DNA of 63,295 nucleotides, the filler included, from Neolecta irregularis DAH-3 (Eukaryota): the NCBI GenBank assembly GCA_001929475.1. It is 10 parts of 10 records of this genome, joined end to end, with 100 filler letters (N's around TTAATTAATTAA, not from the genome) between each part and the next. Parts side by side here need not be neighbours in the genome. Positions count along the whole stretch, not along the records: positions 28,879 to 42,723 come from LXFE01000616.1; positions 42,824 to 45,674 come from LXFE01000619.1; positions 45,775 to 52,386 come from LXFE01000621.1; positions 52,487 to 56,361 come from LXFE01000622.1; 6 more parts are not named here. One strand, 5' to 3'. The notes beneath the pieces are model-generated. The model did no database searches. It saw only the letters and a program-made list of their open reading frames with translations, and was not told where the DNA came from. Position numbers and translations under genes: made by a program. The number at the start of each line of letters is the position of its first letter. The first letter of the stretch is position 1. This document shows, piece by piece, positions 39,812 through 52,546 of the stretch.

Positions 39812-40636
39812 ATGCAAGAACTCTCCCTCTACGCAAATATTCAAGATATCGAGTCATTTCTCCTATTTTTAACAGCATACTCTGGTTCTCGACCAATTGA
39901 ATTCAGCGAGCATCACATCATCTTTAAACCAATTAGTCGAGGTATATGTACCTAAGCCTTTCACTTTTTAAAACTTAGCACCATCAACAAAGAATATTCA
40001 TCCAACACAGACGAAACCGCTTGTGGTGCTCGAACTTTGCGGGAACCGAAATAGAATCGCAAGGACGCAGCTGGAAGATGATTTGATATCGAAAATTAAC
40101 TGGTCACTTTAAGGAAAGATTGGGGTTCTGACCGATAGGTCGGTGGTATTTGCCGACACACCTGAAGCCAATAATAAACACGAATTGACGTCTCGTGTGA
40201 TCCTCAAATCAGATGTAAACAATGGCGATGCAATCAAATTTGTGCAAAGTCTGGGATATTCGTGCGATTCAGATCTTTCTTGCACCTCACTTACACGATC
40301 TAGGTATTCACATGAGTATATGCGCAACGGGAAATATGCGGTGAGGAATAATTCGGTATTATCGGTATTTCAAGTTCTTCAGGTGATTTTTCTCATTGGG
40401 ATGTCCTTGCTGATTTACAAAAGCCTAAACATGCATATGATGATCAAAACCAATCCTTCGACTTTACTGATCAATGGATCCTGCAAGCCTCTATCACCGT
40501 CGACAATTCCCAGGACCCGTTTCTTGTAACCCAAGCCAGCGAGGAATTAAAAGCTATCCGCGCGGATTTACGAGGAATATGCGACCTTGAACAAGCCAGT
40601 CGTCAATCTCTCGATACCCGTATAATAATCATTTGA
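39812..40636 (+). CDS. MED18: Mediator subunit Med18 (Srb5), multi-exon
   Basis: MQELSLYANI..EHHIIFKP, FVQSLGY..HEYMRNG, C-terminal LRGICDLEQASRQSLDTRI. Confidence 0.85.
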
Positions 40637-40834
40637 ACTCAACGCCATCAAATTGTACACCCCCAAAGACAAAAGGACAAATAGAAAAAAAAGAAGCGTT
40701 TATCAACATAAAAGTACATATTAGTTGACAACACGGAAGAACCAAAACGAATTTCCATTATAAAAAGGCCCAGGTTTTTTATACACCAGATTTTGCTGTT
40801 CTGTAAGGAAGTTTAAGGGAGAGAATTGTATAAA

Positions 40835-42421
40835 TCAGGCAGTCATGGGAATAAAGTTCCCGATAATACAGCTTGGTCTATATCAGATTTAGCATTTGCG
40901 GACGAAATAGATGGAATACGAACATGCCGTATCTGTCTCTGCGAATGGTGAATGAGAAGCAGCAGTTTATATTTTTGCCGGAGATGGGATTTCGAAGGGC
41001 GCAGGATGTAAGAACTGCTTTCTGTCCTTGGTCGAAAGCCTAAAGCAGGTTAGCAGAGTATAGTACTGAGAATCATACGATATTCCCATATTTTTCCCAA
41101 TAATTTACTGTCGAATCTTCCGCCATTATTTCACTAATTGCCAGCCGGCCCTATCAGATCAGTCTCTTGATATAAAACAGGAAATCTAGGTTACATCTCT
41201 TAAATCATCGAGAGGAACATCCAACAAGGCAGCAAATTCCTTATTGCCGCGATAAATTTCACCAGTGCGACGCCATAAACAAGCTGGAATACCAATACTT
41301 GTAAAAATACGATCATAGTCTAAAAGAAGACGTTCAAAGTCTTCTTCTACTAGAATAAGATCGACATCAGTCAATCCTTGCGCGATTTTCCTAAACTTTG
41401 GCCGAAATGTGGCAATGTGCTTTATAATCCGGGTCCTAGCAACCGGCGACAAGCTAGTTGAATCAGCGCGTGGATCTGAGGACAAGCGCCATACTGTGTC
41501 TCCATGAATAAATTTAGTCTTTGGTATCCTTTGACATAGTTGAATGGTTTCAATAAGCCTGCTTCCAATTTCGCGTTGATAACTTGTTTTAGACGCTCTT
41601 CGGGTGTCTGGTCATTGGTTGGGTCTGCTGCTGTTAAAAAAAACTTTTCACGGGCAGTTTCGCCGATAGTGCCGGTGAGAGTCGCGTTGTTTGTCGTGTG
41701 GTCTGATGCGCTTGAGGTACCGTTTGGTAGCTGGTACTGCGCAACGAACGGATCTTCGGTCCATCCGTAGAATTCGTGGAGGTTTTGCGTACCTTCTGAG
41801 GGCTGCGGGGGGAATGGATACTGATGATGCTGAAAGAGGAAGGATTGTGCAAGGAGCGGGTCAAATGCGTCTAGTAGAGCATTATTTGTGCTCATATCTG
41901 CGACTGGGGGGGAGAGATAATAAGATATGGAGAGCAAGGGTCTTACGAGCTTGTAACCCGATATTTGGTTGGGGAACCATGGTTTGCGGGATCAGAGTGG
42001 TATCGTGACCGGGTATGGGAACGGGAGCCTCTGGAAGATCTGGAAGGGAATGCCAATTTTGGGCGGGCGCTTTTGAATCTCGAGGTTCGTCGCAGCATAG
42101 ATGGCCGATATTGCGCCTTACACAGCGCGAGCAGGGACGGACTGTGTGCATTAGAGTGGTGTGTGATGTAAGAGTATACCTTCGTCGCAGGTCATATGGG
42201 ATCTCCGGCAATAGATGCTTTTTTTCAAACAAGAACAATGTCGGGGCGCTATACCAGGCCTTTGCAACCTTTCTCCGCTTTGAACGGGATTGTTTTTTTT
42301 TGTCTTGGATATGCGGGCGGAGGGATTCTGGAAGTTGGTTCCGAGAGGAGGGCTGCTGATAGTAATTAGTATTCGAGTCGGGGACATTGTATGATTCTGG
42401 ATGCTGGAGCTGTGGATCCAT
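40835..42421 (-). CDS. RDS2: Zn(II)2Cys6 transcription factor with PAS-like domain, Rds2/AcuM-like, multi-exon
   Basis: Spliced CIYCRRSHMTCDE..RPCSRCVRRNIGHLC; FFLTAADP..PEERLKQVINAKLEAGLLKPFNYVKGY; IPACLWRRTGEIYRGNKEFA; IIGNFIP. Confidence 0.88.
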
Positions 42422-43432
42422 GTGGATTGGGCATGAAGGGGACAGGGAGGGGGGAGGAGGAGGGAGGAGCGGGCAAAGTCACCACCATGAATTGTGGAGC
42501 AGCTACTACAGAAGCGGATAAGGAAGCACGCTACTCCCGCGACGGCGCATAGAGCAGTAGCAGCGGCGCACTCCCGGCCACCGCAGCGCGCACCACGCGG
42601 CCCAGCGCGGCCCGCGCCCCGAGCACCGCCGCGGCGACCTGTTCCGCGGCGGCCACATTTCCCGCGATGCTGAGCAGGTGCGGCTCCAGGCGCGCACAGA
42701 CACCGGCAGCCGCACTGTCCCGCNNNNNNNNNNNNNNNNNNNNNNNNNNNNNNNNNNNNNNNNNNNNTTAATTAATTAANNNNNNNNNNNNNNNNNNNNN
42801 NNNNNNNNNNNNNNNNNNNNNNNGTAACGAGAGTTTCAGCAATATTCGAGGCATTTCTGTGTAGGACCTGACTGGTCAGCTTGCAGCATCCTATGCCTTG
42901 GCATCGAAAATCCACTCAGTTCTACTGCTGGTTAGCTCAGTAAGAGTAACAGAGCTATTTGCAGACTCCTGGTTGATGTTAATAGCATGTTTCTTGATGG
43001 ACAAACCAGATTTGAACTTGACAAGGTAGCCACAAACAAACTCGATACCGGTGTAGCTGATGTAGCGAGCGTTTCAGAACGATTCGCGGTACTCAGTGTA
43101 GGACCTTGCTGGTCAGCTTGCATGGTCGCAGTCATGATGTCACCTGGTACATTGACAATCGATTCAATAGTCAGTTGATGAATCGAGAACGTCTGCTTGG
43201 TAGATATTAGAAGACTGTTGTTCTGTGGCGTGGTTGTCGCAATAGAACTTGATAAGCTGCTGGATGACGGCGAGATTGAAGAACCTTGTGACTGCTATTG
43301 AAATTAGAAAGAATGTCCTATTTAAATGAAAACCCATATTTAATCCCCCTGAGGGAAAAGTCGCCCTAGGTGTTGACGATGTAATATCTGATGAGATTGG
43401 ACAGATTGACGAGGAAGTTGGAAGCAGCGTTG

Positions 43433-43627
43433 TCAAGTTGATTTTGATTTGAGGATCGTAGCATCATCATTGGTCACCATTATATCTCCATTCGAACCTA
43501 ATTGCAGAATTTGATTCTCAAAATCAGCTGGTCTCGTAGCATGTAAAAATACCATTCCTTTGGGTTCCAACACGCTTTTCACGAGATAACCGATAGCAAT
43601 AGCTCCCATAAATGACCACCATGACAT
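43433..43627 (-). pseudogene. Decayed 5' fragment of a CCT2 (TCP-1 beta) chaperonin gene
   Basis: [21 protein letters not shown] [intron-like insert] [19 protein letters not shown], compared with conserved GDLVKSTLGPKGMDKIL..VTNDGATILKS. Stops immediately afterwards. Confidence 0.75.
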
Positions 43628-43959
43628 TGAGCAAACTCACAAACTGACAGTATACCAATCAAGCATTGTCCATTCCTTCACTAGTCTCAGAACAGGGACC
43701 AGCGATCGCGCAGGGTTCATTAGGACAAGATACACTTGCGACGCTGTGTAAATGGCGAGAACGACTGCAGTGACAATGTAGAGCCTGACAAAGAGCACAG
43801 CGAAGAGCGCAACAGTATTTATAGGGCTGAGCCTGGCCCAGCGTGGAAATCAAAAGGTTCAGTACTGTAACTGGTGAGAAAGCGAGCAGCGATGAGTGGT
43901 GAAAGACTGGAAGAGGGAGAGAGATTGGGAAAGGAGCGGCATCATTAGAAACACCCTCA

Positions 43960-44545
43960 AGAGATGGTTGACTGATTGCGGGAGTGGTTGATTACGCAGT
44001 CAGGTGATTGATTAACTGCAGGTGATTGATGGTTGCCTACAGGCGGCCAGAGCAGCAACGCGGAGCAGATGCAGGGGGAACCAGCCAAGTACTGGGAGGC
44101 TGAGACGAGGATGCTGGGCAGCAGGCGGAGGGTTAAAAGCAGTGTGGGGCTCTGTGCAGGACTTGCTGCAGGGGTTCGGAAAAGGGAAGGGAGTGCTGGG
44201 ACACAGAGGATGTGTCATGGATGCGATGCAGGAGGTGAACAAGCAGCATGAAGGAATGCTGCTGCGGTTGGGCATCGGGCAGGTGCCAGTGTCAGGGGTA
44301 GGTCTGAACGAGACAAAGCACTGCTGCTGGGCCTAGGCATTGAGCAGAGAGGGAGACGAGGTAGCAACGGGACAAGGTAGAGACGAGACGAGGTAGCGAC
44401 AAGGTAGCGACGGGACAAGGTTGGGAAGAGGTAGTGACGGGACGAGGTGGGGTAAGGGAGATGGAGGACCGGCTTGCCTGGATTTTCCCGTCTCTACTAC
44501 CTCACACTGCGCACTGCCCTTCGACACTGCCCTTCGACACTGCCC
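43960..44545. repeat. GC-rich region with degenerate tandem repeats (GGTAGCGACGGGACAA-like, GATTGA-like, CACTGCCCTTCGA x2-3)
   Basis: Seen directly. No coherent ORF. Confidence 0.6.
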
Positions 44546-45039
44546 TCGCCCGCTGCCTTTTTGCATCCTCTCACCTCGGCCCAGGAACAAGCACCTCCAG
44601 CTGCCGGTCCTCTACAGCGAACCTCCCCTTGTAGATTCAGGGCGACATGAGTGTCGCTGAGCAGTACCGCCAGCTCATGGTCAGCGATGCAGTTGAACTC
44701 TCCTCCTATAAGCCAATTTCTTTATCTCAGCAGACTAGCTCCTCCGTCCTTCCTACCTCTCCTGGCGAAGAACACTCCCGCTTCAGTTTGATATTGTACA
44801 CTTCCCACAAAATAAAATTTCGTCTTACTTCTTCAGCTATACTGCGTCTTTGTCACAACAGTCTCCTATCGAGTCAGAGTTTTGGGGTTATTGGCGAAAC
44901 AACTTTTACAAATGAACAAAGTCTGCAGAAGTACTTTTACCTATCATCACCTACTATCGCCTTGGCTATCTAGTCCATTTCTCGATAGTATTCAATTTTC
45001 TACTAATATCATAAATTATAATTCTCTGGTATTATTACC

Positions 45040-45674
45040 CTATTGCGGAATACTTCTAACTCTTAGTAATACCTCTAAAGCTGCATCTGCAACAAGCATA
45101 GCATTCGAGGCTTTAACTCCATATACCACTCTTGCGCCTCCTAGCCATTTCATAAAATCCAACTTGTTTCCAAATGATTGTCCTGCTAGTTCTTGCAAAT
45201 TTGAGTCTCTCCACCACTGAATGTCGAATACCGCATAGCAAAGTGGAATGACCATATCTCTAAATGCACACTTGCCTTTTCCTTGATTATTGCACACTGC
45301 CTGAGGGTTATAACAATAGAAGCAGCCAGCATATCCGGCAAACCAGGAATTTCTACCCAATGCCTGATAATATGTTTTTGCACTCTTCGCATCTTTCTTC
45401 AGCGCCAAAAACCTGCCTCGATGTGGACACTGGTCAAGCAAGTGACATCCATCATGACCAAGAAAGAGGCATAGAATACATTTGCCAACCAGTGCTGCTA
45501 ATCTGTCTTCATACCGTTGCATGTTCAATGTGTTCGTTTGCTTCTCGCACAACAGTAGTGACTTCCCGATAGTGAAATCATTGTTCTTTTGCTTCTCGCT
45601 CAACTGAAGTGACTTCCCGATCGTGAGATCATTGTCATTCGGGCTAAATGCTTCAAAAATTTCATCCGGTATGT
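45040..45674 (-). CDS. Cys-rich C-terminal region resembling telomere-linked RecQ helicase (TLH)-like proteins; 5' part in gap
   Basis: CILCLF..H.LDQC, GCFYCYNPQAVC..C.F.DMVIP, FMKWLG..YGVKASNA pattern recalled from fungal TLH-like proteins. No helicase motifs are visible. Confidence 0.55.
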
Positions 45675-46777
45675 NNNNNNNNNNNNNNNNNNNNNNNNNN
45701 NNNNNNNNNNNNNNNNNNTTAATTAATTAANNNNNNNNNNNNNNNNNNNNNNNNNNNNNNNNNNNNNNNNNNNNCGCGATCTCGTTGCATTCGTGGTCTC
45801 TAGTGTATATGAGAAGAACATGAAATCCAGTTGATTTCAACCTCGACTACGCTCAGCATGCAGCAATTAACTTTAATGCTAGCCCAATTTGCGATAGGTG
45901 TTTTTTATTAGAATGATGATGATATTGTGAGTATAAATCGTGTGTATTGATAGTTTGCTTCGCTGCTCAGACTTGGGTTTTAGGTTGCTTCAGAGGTACT
46001 CAAGTACGAGTACTATGCTTAATTACTACGCTTAAAGCCTGATCTTGTGGGCCTTGACTGTCTGGATCCATCGTGCCGGACTCGTCTAACAGATGATCAA
46101 TGGGAGAGGTCTCATTCTCCGAGGTTGTGCTGGACTCGGGTTGGGTGTGCTCTCTCAATGTTCATATTTTAGCAATACGTTCAAAATTGAAGAAAAACTA
46201 ACATTCATCATACATAAAAATCCATTACAAAAATACTGGAACTTCATATAATACATCACATAATTATTTCTGGTATGACACTGAGGTGTCTGCAAAGTTA
46301 TTCGATTGCAATCTCGTCTTCAACGCGGAAAAGATTCGAGTTCTCTCATACTTTTTTCCATAAATGTGGGAGAGCACAGCTGTTACAAGGTCTTGATAGA
46401 ATTTCAACCAAGACGGGCTAGGGTCAGGATAGTCAGGAAACCCCAATTCAGGTTCAATAAGTAACCGGAGAAAGTTGAACAACACCAGTATAGTTTGCGA
46501 TTGCTCGTCATGGCCAGTATGCATATGACCAGTATTGTATCTAACAGTCGTGGCATACTGTGTGGTCGTCTTCAGGTTCATTCCTTGTTGAAAGAGGTCC
46601 ACAGGTGTTTTATCGAACTATTATCGTCTCTGTCTTTCGTCATATATACGAAATGCCACAAGCCGAGGGCGTCCTCACAGTCCAGGACTTTGGATCCCCA
46701 TGCGGAAAGTGTTCCACCTAGACCGTCCAGGCGGAACACTTTGGAGCAGCTGGAGGACAGCGGGCGGGTACATCAGA

Positions 46778-46958
46778 CAGACGGCAAGTGTAAGTTTTGA
46801 TACTCCGGAGTACAAATAAGACCAGGTTTATAGTACTAGCCTAAGTGTTGTATCTCAGGCTAGGTATTCTAATTACATGAAGTATATAGCCGGCCATAGA
46901 GGCCGCAATATGATTCCACGCCTCTTGCCGTATTGGTAAGGTGTACCTGAAGGGTACA
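46778..46958 (+). mobile_element. Second copy of the TGTAAG...CTTGCCGTATTGGTAAGGT module
   Basis: Shares GACGG-CAAG-TGTAAG, ATAAGACCAGGT, ACTAGCCTAAGT and CTTGCCGTATTGGTAAGGT(G/A)TACC in the same order with 29161-29317. Confidence 0.65.
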
Positions 46959-47014
46959 TTCTTGCAGCATGGGTAAGTTGTCTTTTGGTGGTATGTGTCA
47001 CGTGATGCCGCTGG

Positions 47015-47383
47015 CGAGTATATTGCAGTATAGTACTATATTATTCCCTACTATAGTATATTATATTTATATTATATGTTATTTATTATATATTGTCTGT
47101 TAATATTATACTGTTGCTATATGCTGTTAGTATATTACTATACTACTATACTAAATTGCACTACTTCGCTGCTTACTAAACATCATTATTACACTACTAC
47201 ACTACACTCCACTCTATATTACACCACACTACACTACTACACTACTATACAATACACTTCTACCTACCCTACTAGTAACCTACTTTACTCATCTGTTCTC
47301 GACTCCTACACCTACATCTGAAACCCTCCCCCGCTACCCACTACTCAACTACTCAACTACAAACTCTGCTCTACACTACTCCA
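47015..47383. repeat. Low-complexity TAT/ACT(AC)-rich tract upstream of UPF1
   Basis: Degenerate TATTA and ACTAC/CACTA arrays, seen directly. Confidence 0.75.
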
Positions 47384-47384
47384 C

Positions 47385-50300
47385 ATGGACGGACCATTCT
47401 CGCACCTCGCGCATTTCAGCGACACCGCCAGTTCTGCTGCTCCGAGCGTGCATGGCGATAATGATGCGGATGCCGATTCTGTCTCGCTCGCCTCGCTAAA
47501 CCTGTCCCTACTTCCCGATGCCGATTCCGACTTTGAGTCGCGCGAACTGCCTGAATGCGCATGTGCATACTGCGGCTCTCATTCGCCTGCGTCTGTTGTC
47601 AAATGCCTTGCGTGCTCAAAGTGGTTTTGCAATTCACGGCAGGGGATCAGCGGCAGCCATATCATCAACCATCTCATCCGCGCCCGGCACAAAGAAGTGC
47701 AGCTGCACGAAGAAAGCTCGCTTGGCGACACAATCCTCGAATGCTACGGCTGCGGCGGCAGAAACATCTTTCTTCTCGGATTCATCCCCGCTAAAAGGTG
47801 CGTGTTTTTCAGGTTTGTGCTTATTTCAGCGATACCGTCGTGGTTTTGCTCTGCCGCCAGCCATGCGCTAGTATGCCATCGCAAAAAGACATGACTTGGG
47901 ACACGGCACAATGGTCGCCGCTGATCGACGATCGTGCTTTTCTGCCGTGGCTCGTTGCAGTTCCGTCAGAAGCAGAACAACTACGCGCCCGCCAAATCAC
48001 CGCTCCGCAAATCACAAAACTCGAAGATCTCTGGAAAGACAATCTCGACGTGACGTTGGGCGATCTCGAGAAACCGGGCGTGGATGACGAACCACAGCCG
48101 GTACTACTTCGCTACGAAGACGCCTATCAGTACCAGGTGCGTTGTATTAATTTAACAATCCAATTTAATACCAGAACGTCTTTGCGCCCCTTGTAAAAAT
48201 CGAGGCAGACTATGACAAAAAGGTCAAAGAAGCCCAGGGCCAGGACGGCATCGTTGTGCGATGGGACATGGGCCTGAATCAGCACCATACCGCCTGGTTT
48301 TATCTCCCAAAACTCGAAATCGGCGATGTTAAACTCGCAATTGGCGATGAACTGCGCCTAAAATACAGTGGAGAACTCAGAGCACACTGGGAGGGTGTCG
48401 GCTATGTTATCAAAGTACCAAACAGTATGTATTTCCCGTATATACCACTCTAAAGTCCAGATATCTCGGATGAAGTCTGTCTCGAACTACGCCGCGCAGA
48501 TAATGTCCCCACAGAATGCACTCACAACTTTTCTGTAGAGTACGTTTGGAAATCCACATCCTTTGATCGAATGCAACTCTCCATGAAGACATTTGCCGTC
48601 AATGAAACCAGTGTCAGTGGCTACATCTACCACAAACTCCTCGGGCACGAAATCGCTCCCCAGGTTCTCAAAACTCAAATGCCAAAGAGGTATAACAATA
48701 TCACTTCAAAACTAAATCCAAGATTCTCTGCTCCAGGCCTCCCAGACCTAAACACCTCCCAAGTTCACGCAGTACGAGCTGTCCTCCAAAAACCAATATC
48801 TCTCATACAAGGACCCCCAGGAACTGGAAAAACAGTCACCTCAGCTACAACCGTCTACCATCTCGCAAAAATGAATCCGGGCCAAGTCCTCGTTTGTGCT
48901 CCATCAAACGTAGCTGTCGACCAACTCACTGAAAAAATCCACAAAACAGGCCTCAAAGTCGTTCGACTCAGCGCCAAGTCCCGCGAAGATCTTGAAAGTC
49001 CAGTCAATTTTCTCACGCTCCACGAACAAGTCAAAAAAGCAGGAAGCAATCAAGAACTCTCAAAACTCATCCAACTCAAAACTGAACTCGGAGAACTGAG
49101 TCAACAAGACGAAAAGAAATTCAAAAGCCTTTTTCGCAGTTCCGAAAAGGAGATTCTCGGAGCTGCAGATGTCATTTGTGCTACTTGTGTAGGATGCGGT
49201 GATCCTCGTCTGTCAAAACTAAAGTTTCGCACTGTTCTTATCGACGAGGCAACTCAAGCTACTGAACCTGAATGTATGATCCCACTTGTAATGGGTTGTA
49301 AGCAAGTCGTCTTTGTCGGCGATCATCAGCAATTGGGTATATCTAATCCTAATCCTATCTTAAACCTAACCATAGGTCCCGTCATTATGAACAAAAAAGC
49401 TGCTCGAGCAGGTCTTCATCAATCTCTCTTTGAACGACTCGTGATCCTTGGTCTTGCCCCAATTCGACTCACCGTTCAATATCGAATGCATCCTTGTCTT
49501 TCGGAATTCCCGAGTAACATGTTTTACGAAGGAACTCTGCAAAACGGCGTGACTACCCAAGAGCGTATCCGCCGTAACGTGGACTTTCCCTGGCCTGTCA
49601 GCGACAAACCAATGATGTTTTATTCTAATCTCGGGGTTGAAGAAATCAGTGCTAGTGGAACGAGTTTCCTCAATCGGTACAACAGTTGCGCCACATCACT
49701 TGCTAACTTTTAGTACTGAAGCTAATAATGTTGAAAAGATTGTGACAAAGTTATTCAAGGCGGGTGTTTCGCCGAGTCAAATCGGGGTAATCACTCCATA
49801 TGAAGGACAACGTAGTTATATCGTCTCTACCATGGCCAATAACGGATCTCTCAAGAAGGATATGTATAAAGCAGTTGAAGTCGCTTCTGTCGATGCGTTC
49901 CAGGGACGGGAAAAGGATTATATTGTCGTTTCTTGTGTGCGGAGTAATGAACACCAGGGAATTGGATTCTTGAGTGATCCACGACGACTCAACGTCGCAT
50001 TAACTCGAGCTAAATACGGCGTCGTAATTCTTGGTAATCCAAAAGGTATCAATATTCTTCCTTTTCGACGTTTCTAATGCTAGTTCTCTCTCGACATCCT
50101 CTTTGGGGTTACTTGCTTATGCATTACAAAGATCGTTCCGCTCTCGTTGAAGGACCGCTTAATAACCTCTCACTTTCGATGGTCCATATCACGCGACCTA
50201 AAGGTTGGAAGGGTGTCGAACGATACAGCATGGCTTTTCAACCCCGTGAGATCCCCGAAGATAACGCAAGTCTGTACAGTCAAAATACTTCAACTACTGG

Positions 50301-50436
50301 TTTTGCCAGTTTTCCATTTAACGGAAGTGAGGTATGGCCTCGAATGCAGGGGACGAGCAGTCACCAAGAATGGGATATGATGAGTCAAGGCACCGCGATG
50401 ACCTTGAGAAGTCAGGCTGGCTATACCGAGTTTTAA
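47385..50436 (+). CDS. UPF1: NMD RNA helicase Upf1/Nam7, multi-exon
   Basis: CH domain ([26 protein letters not shown]), [53 protein letters not shown]. Confidence 0.98.
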
Positions 50437-50787
50437 ATTGAGGCCAGGTTCAACGCTATTGACGCTTTGCAAGGGGCATTAAAACTGAGTTTGTCGTTGC
50501 TTGGCTCACGCAGTTGGCCTCTCGCTGAATGAGATTTATTCGCTGCCCTGATGTCCGATCCGACAGAGGCAATTTGTCTTCTCAGTGAGAGTAGAGAAGT
50601 ATTCCAAATAGATATCTGTTTTATCGCACGACCTCACTTGTGGAAATTTTTGTTTTGCCACTTTGTATGGTTGCAAGTCATGTTCTATACATCTTGACCT
50701 AAACCACCACTTATCGCCAAATTTCGAGTCTACAAGCAAAAACACAACAACCAGACAGCAACAGAAGAAAGACAATCCTCCTTAATT

Positions 50788-51569
50788 TCATTCCTTCTTG
50801 TTTGAAATTTCTGCGTTGGATTTCTGGGCACGTTCAAATGATTCTTTGAACAATGCAGCATCTACACCACCTCAGTAATTTTTAAAAAATGACAAAAGAC
50901 TTACTCTCTGAATTGGCGAACCGGATGGCAAGAGTTTCTGCCGTTGGTTCGCCCTCACTGACATCCGCCGAAACACAATAAACCCAAGATCGATCACTCC
51001 CAAAATTCGGTTTCAAGTCCATATCAGATGTGACTAACACCCGTGAGTAAAGGATTGCCTAGCAAGGGGGCTACTGTAATGGTTTGCACACACTTTTAGT
51101 GTTTTATCACGACGCATGACAAGTCTGGTTTTCCCGCTTGCCTCATGTTTCAAAAACCGCACATCGCCGGTCCCGCGTTCTTTCCATTCACCCCCATTCT
51201 TCTCATATCGAAATAACTTTGCGCGACTAGACGAGTTAGTAATTTATATGTTTTCCAGTGAATTACATTTTAAAAAGGACTTGTTCATCTTCTTCATTGG
51301 TTTTCACTTTGACCGCATCTAGTTTTACTAGGGGTTCAAAATGTACCTCTGGAGACTCTGGTGCATCGTCTTCTTTCTTTCAAATATTAGAATATTTCTG
51401 GGAATATCCTTTGTCATACCTCCTTTGGATTTTTCTCTTCATCTTTTTTTCCCTCGCCAATTGTAGAAGTATAGAGTTTCGAACCTTCGGTGGATTTAGG
51501 TGGGTCTGATAACGTGGAAAAAACGTTCTTTTCACCGGCAAGGGAGGCGAAGGAGGGCTGTGTAGACAT
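50788..51569 (-). CDS. YRB1: Ran-binding protein 1 (Yrb1/Sbp1), multi-exon; absent from ORF track
   Basis: Manual translation: [65 protein letters not shown]. Confidence 0.92.
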
Positions 51570-52334
51570 TTTGGATGGAGGACGTGGTCGTGGTAGGTTC
51601 TTTTGGCTGGTTTACCTCCAAACAGGCTTCAAAATTTGCTTGAAAAGAGCGATCGTTTCCTCATCACGAAGTTCTATTTGACTATATATTCTGAATGGTT
51701 GTCATGTATTCTGCCTCAAATTACGGGATCAAGCCTGTTAGAGAGGTTGGTAAACAAAGTGAAACCCGGGGAATAGCGTTAGTCACCGTCAATGTGGAAA
51801 ATAAAATGCAGACAAACTATGGAAAATTGGGACATTTGAATCAGAACCCTTTCGATTTTAATAGAAATTCTCGAAAAGAGCTCGTAACGGCGCTCTGTCT
51901 AGACAATACACCATTGTAACAAGTCCCTCTTCCGTAATAGAATTTTCTGTTTCGTGGAATACATGAACGCAGCTTGGATGAAATGCGCTCTTGAACTCTC
52001 CTAGATTCTACGTCACAAAGCTCGCAGCATCTCCTATAATACTCGCCTATACTGTTGACAGACGACTGAAAAAGACAAATCACTTTGAAACTAATCAAAA
52101 TTGGATCGTTGCAACCATAAGCTATCTTTTTACCATCTTACTATGATGAAACACACTTCCTGGTTTTCCTTACAAGGATTTTGACAAAGCTTAATAAAGA
52201 TCGGTAAAATTTTACAGGCTTCCAGCGTAGCAACACAATTTGAATTATTCAAATGAAATTCTTCGAGCAGAACAATCTTTAGCAAAGAAAAGAATAGAGA
52301 AGAGCATCCAACATTCCTGGTCAAAAATTTGGCC

Positions 52335-52386
52335 AAAAAAAAGGGGGAATCTCCGCCGAAGCGAAGATTCCCCATATCCCTTTCGG
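52335..52386 (-). other. Stable hairpin with C(UUCG)G loop followed by T8 (candidate ncRNA 3' end)
   Basis: Minus strand GGGGAATCTTCGC-TTCG-GCGGAGATTCCCC-C-TTTTTTTT: 13-bp stem with one G-U pair. Confidence 0.45.
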
Positions 52387-52486
52387 NNNNNNNNNNNNNN
52401 NNNNNNNNNNNNNNNNNNNNNNNNNNNNNNTTAATTAATTAANNNNNNNNNNNNNNNNNNNNNNNNNNNNNNNNNNNNNNNNNNNN

Positions 52487-52546
52487 AGGTGGGACGATTC
52501 CACAGGTGGGACGATTCCACAGGTGGGACGATTCCACAGGTGGGAC
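52487..52546. repeat. 17-bp tandem repeat AGGTGGGACGATTCCAC x3.5, running into gap
   Basis: Three exact copies plus AGGTGGGAC. Confidence 0.95.

Noticed and set aside
44680..44720. WLIGGEFNCI on the minus strand resembling a LINE endonuclease GDFN motif
   Set aside because: Isolated motif lacking the Asp, preceded by a stop, with no other endonuclease or RT motifs.
46264..46602. 112-aa minus-strand ORF
   Set aside because: No recognisable motif, non-ATG start, and it sits in repeat-flanked DNA. Insufficient support.
52487..52546. CRISPR-like palindromic repeats
   Set aside because: Units are head-to-tail with no spacers, there are no cas genes, and the context is eukaryotic.
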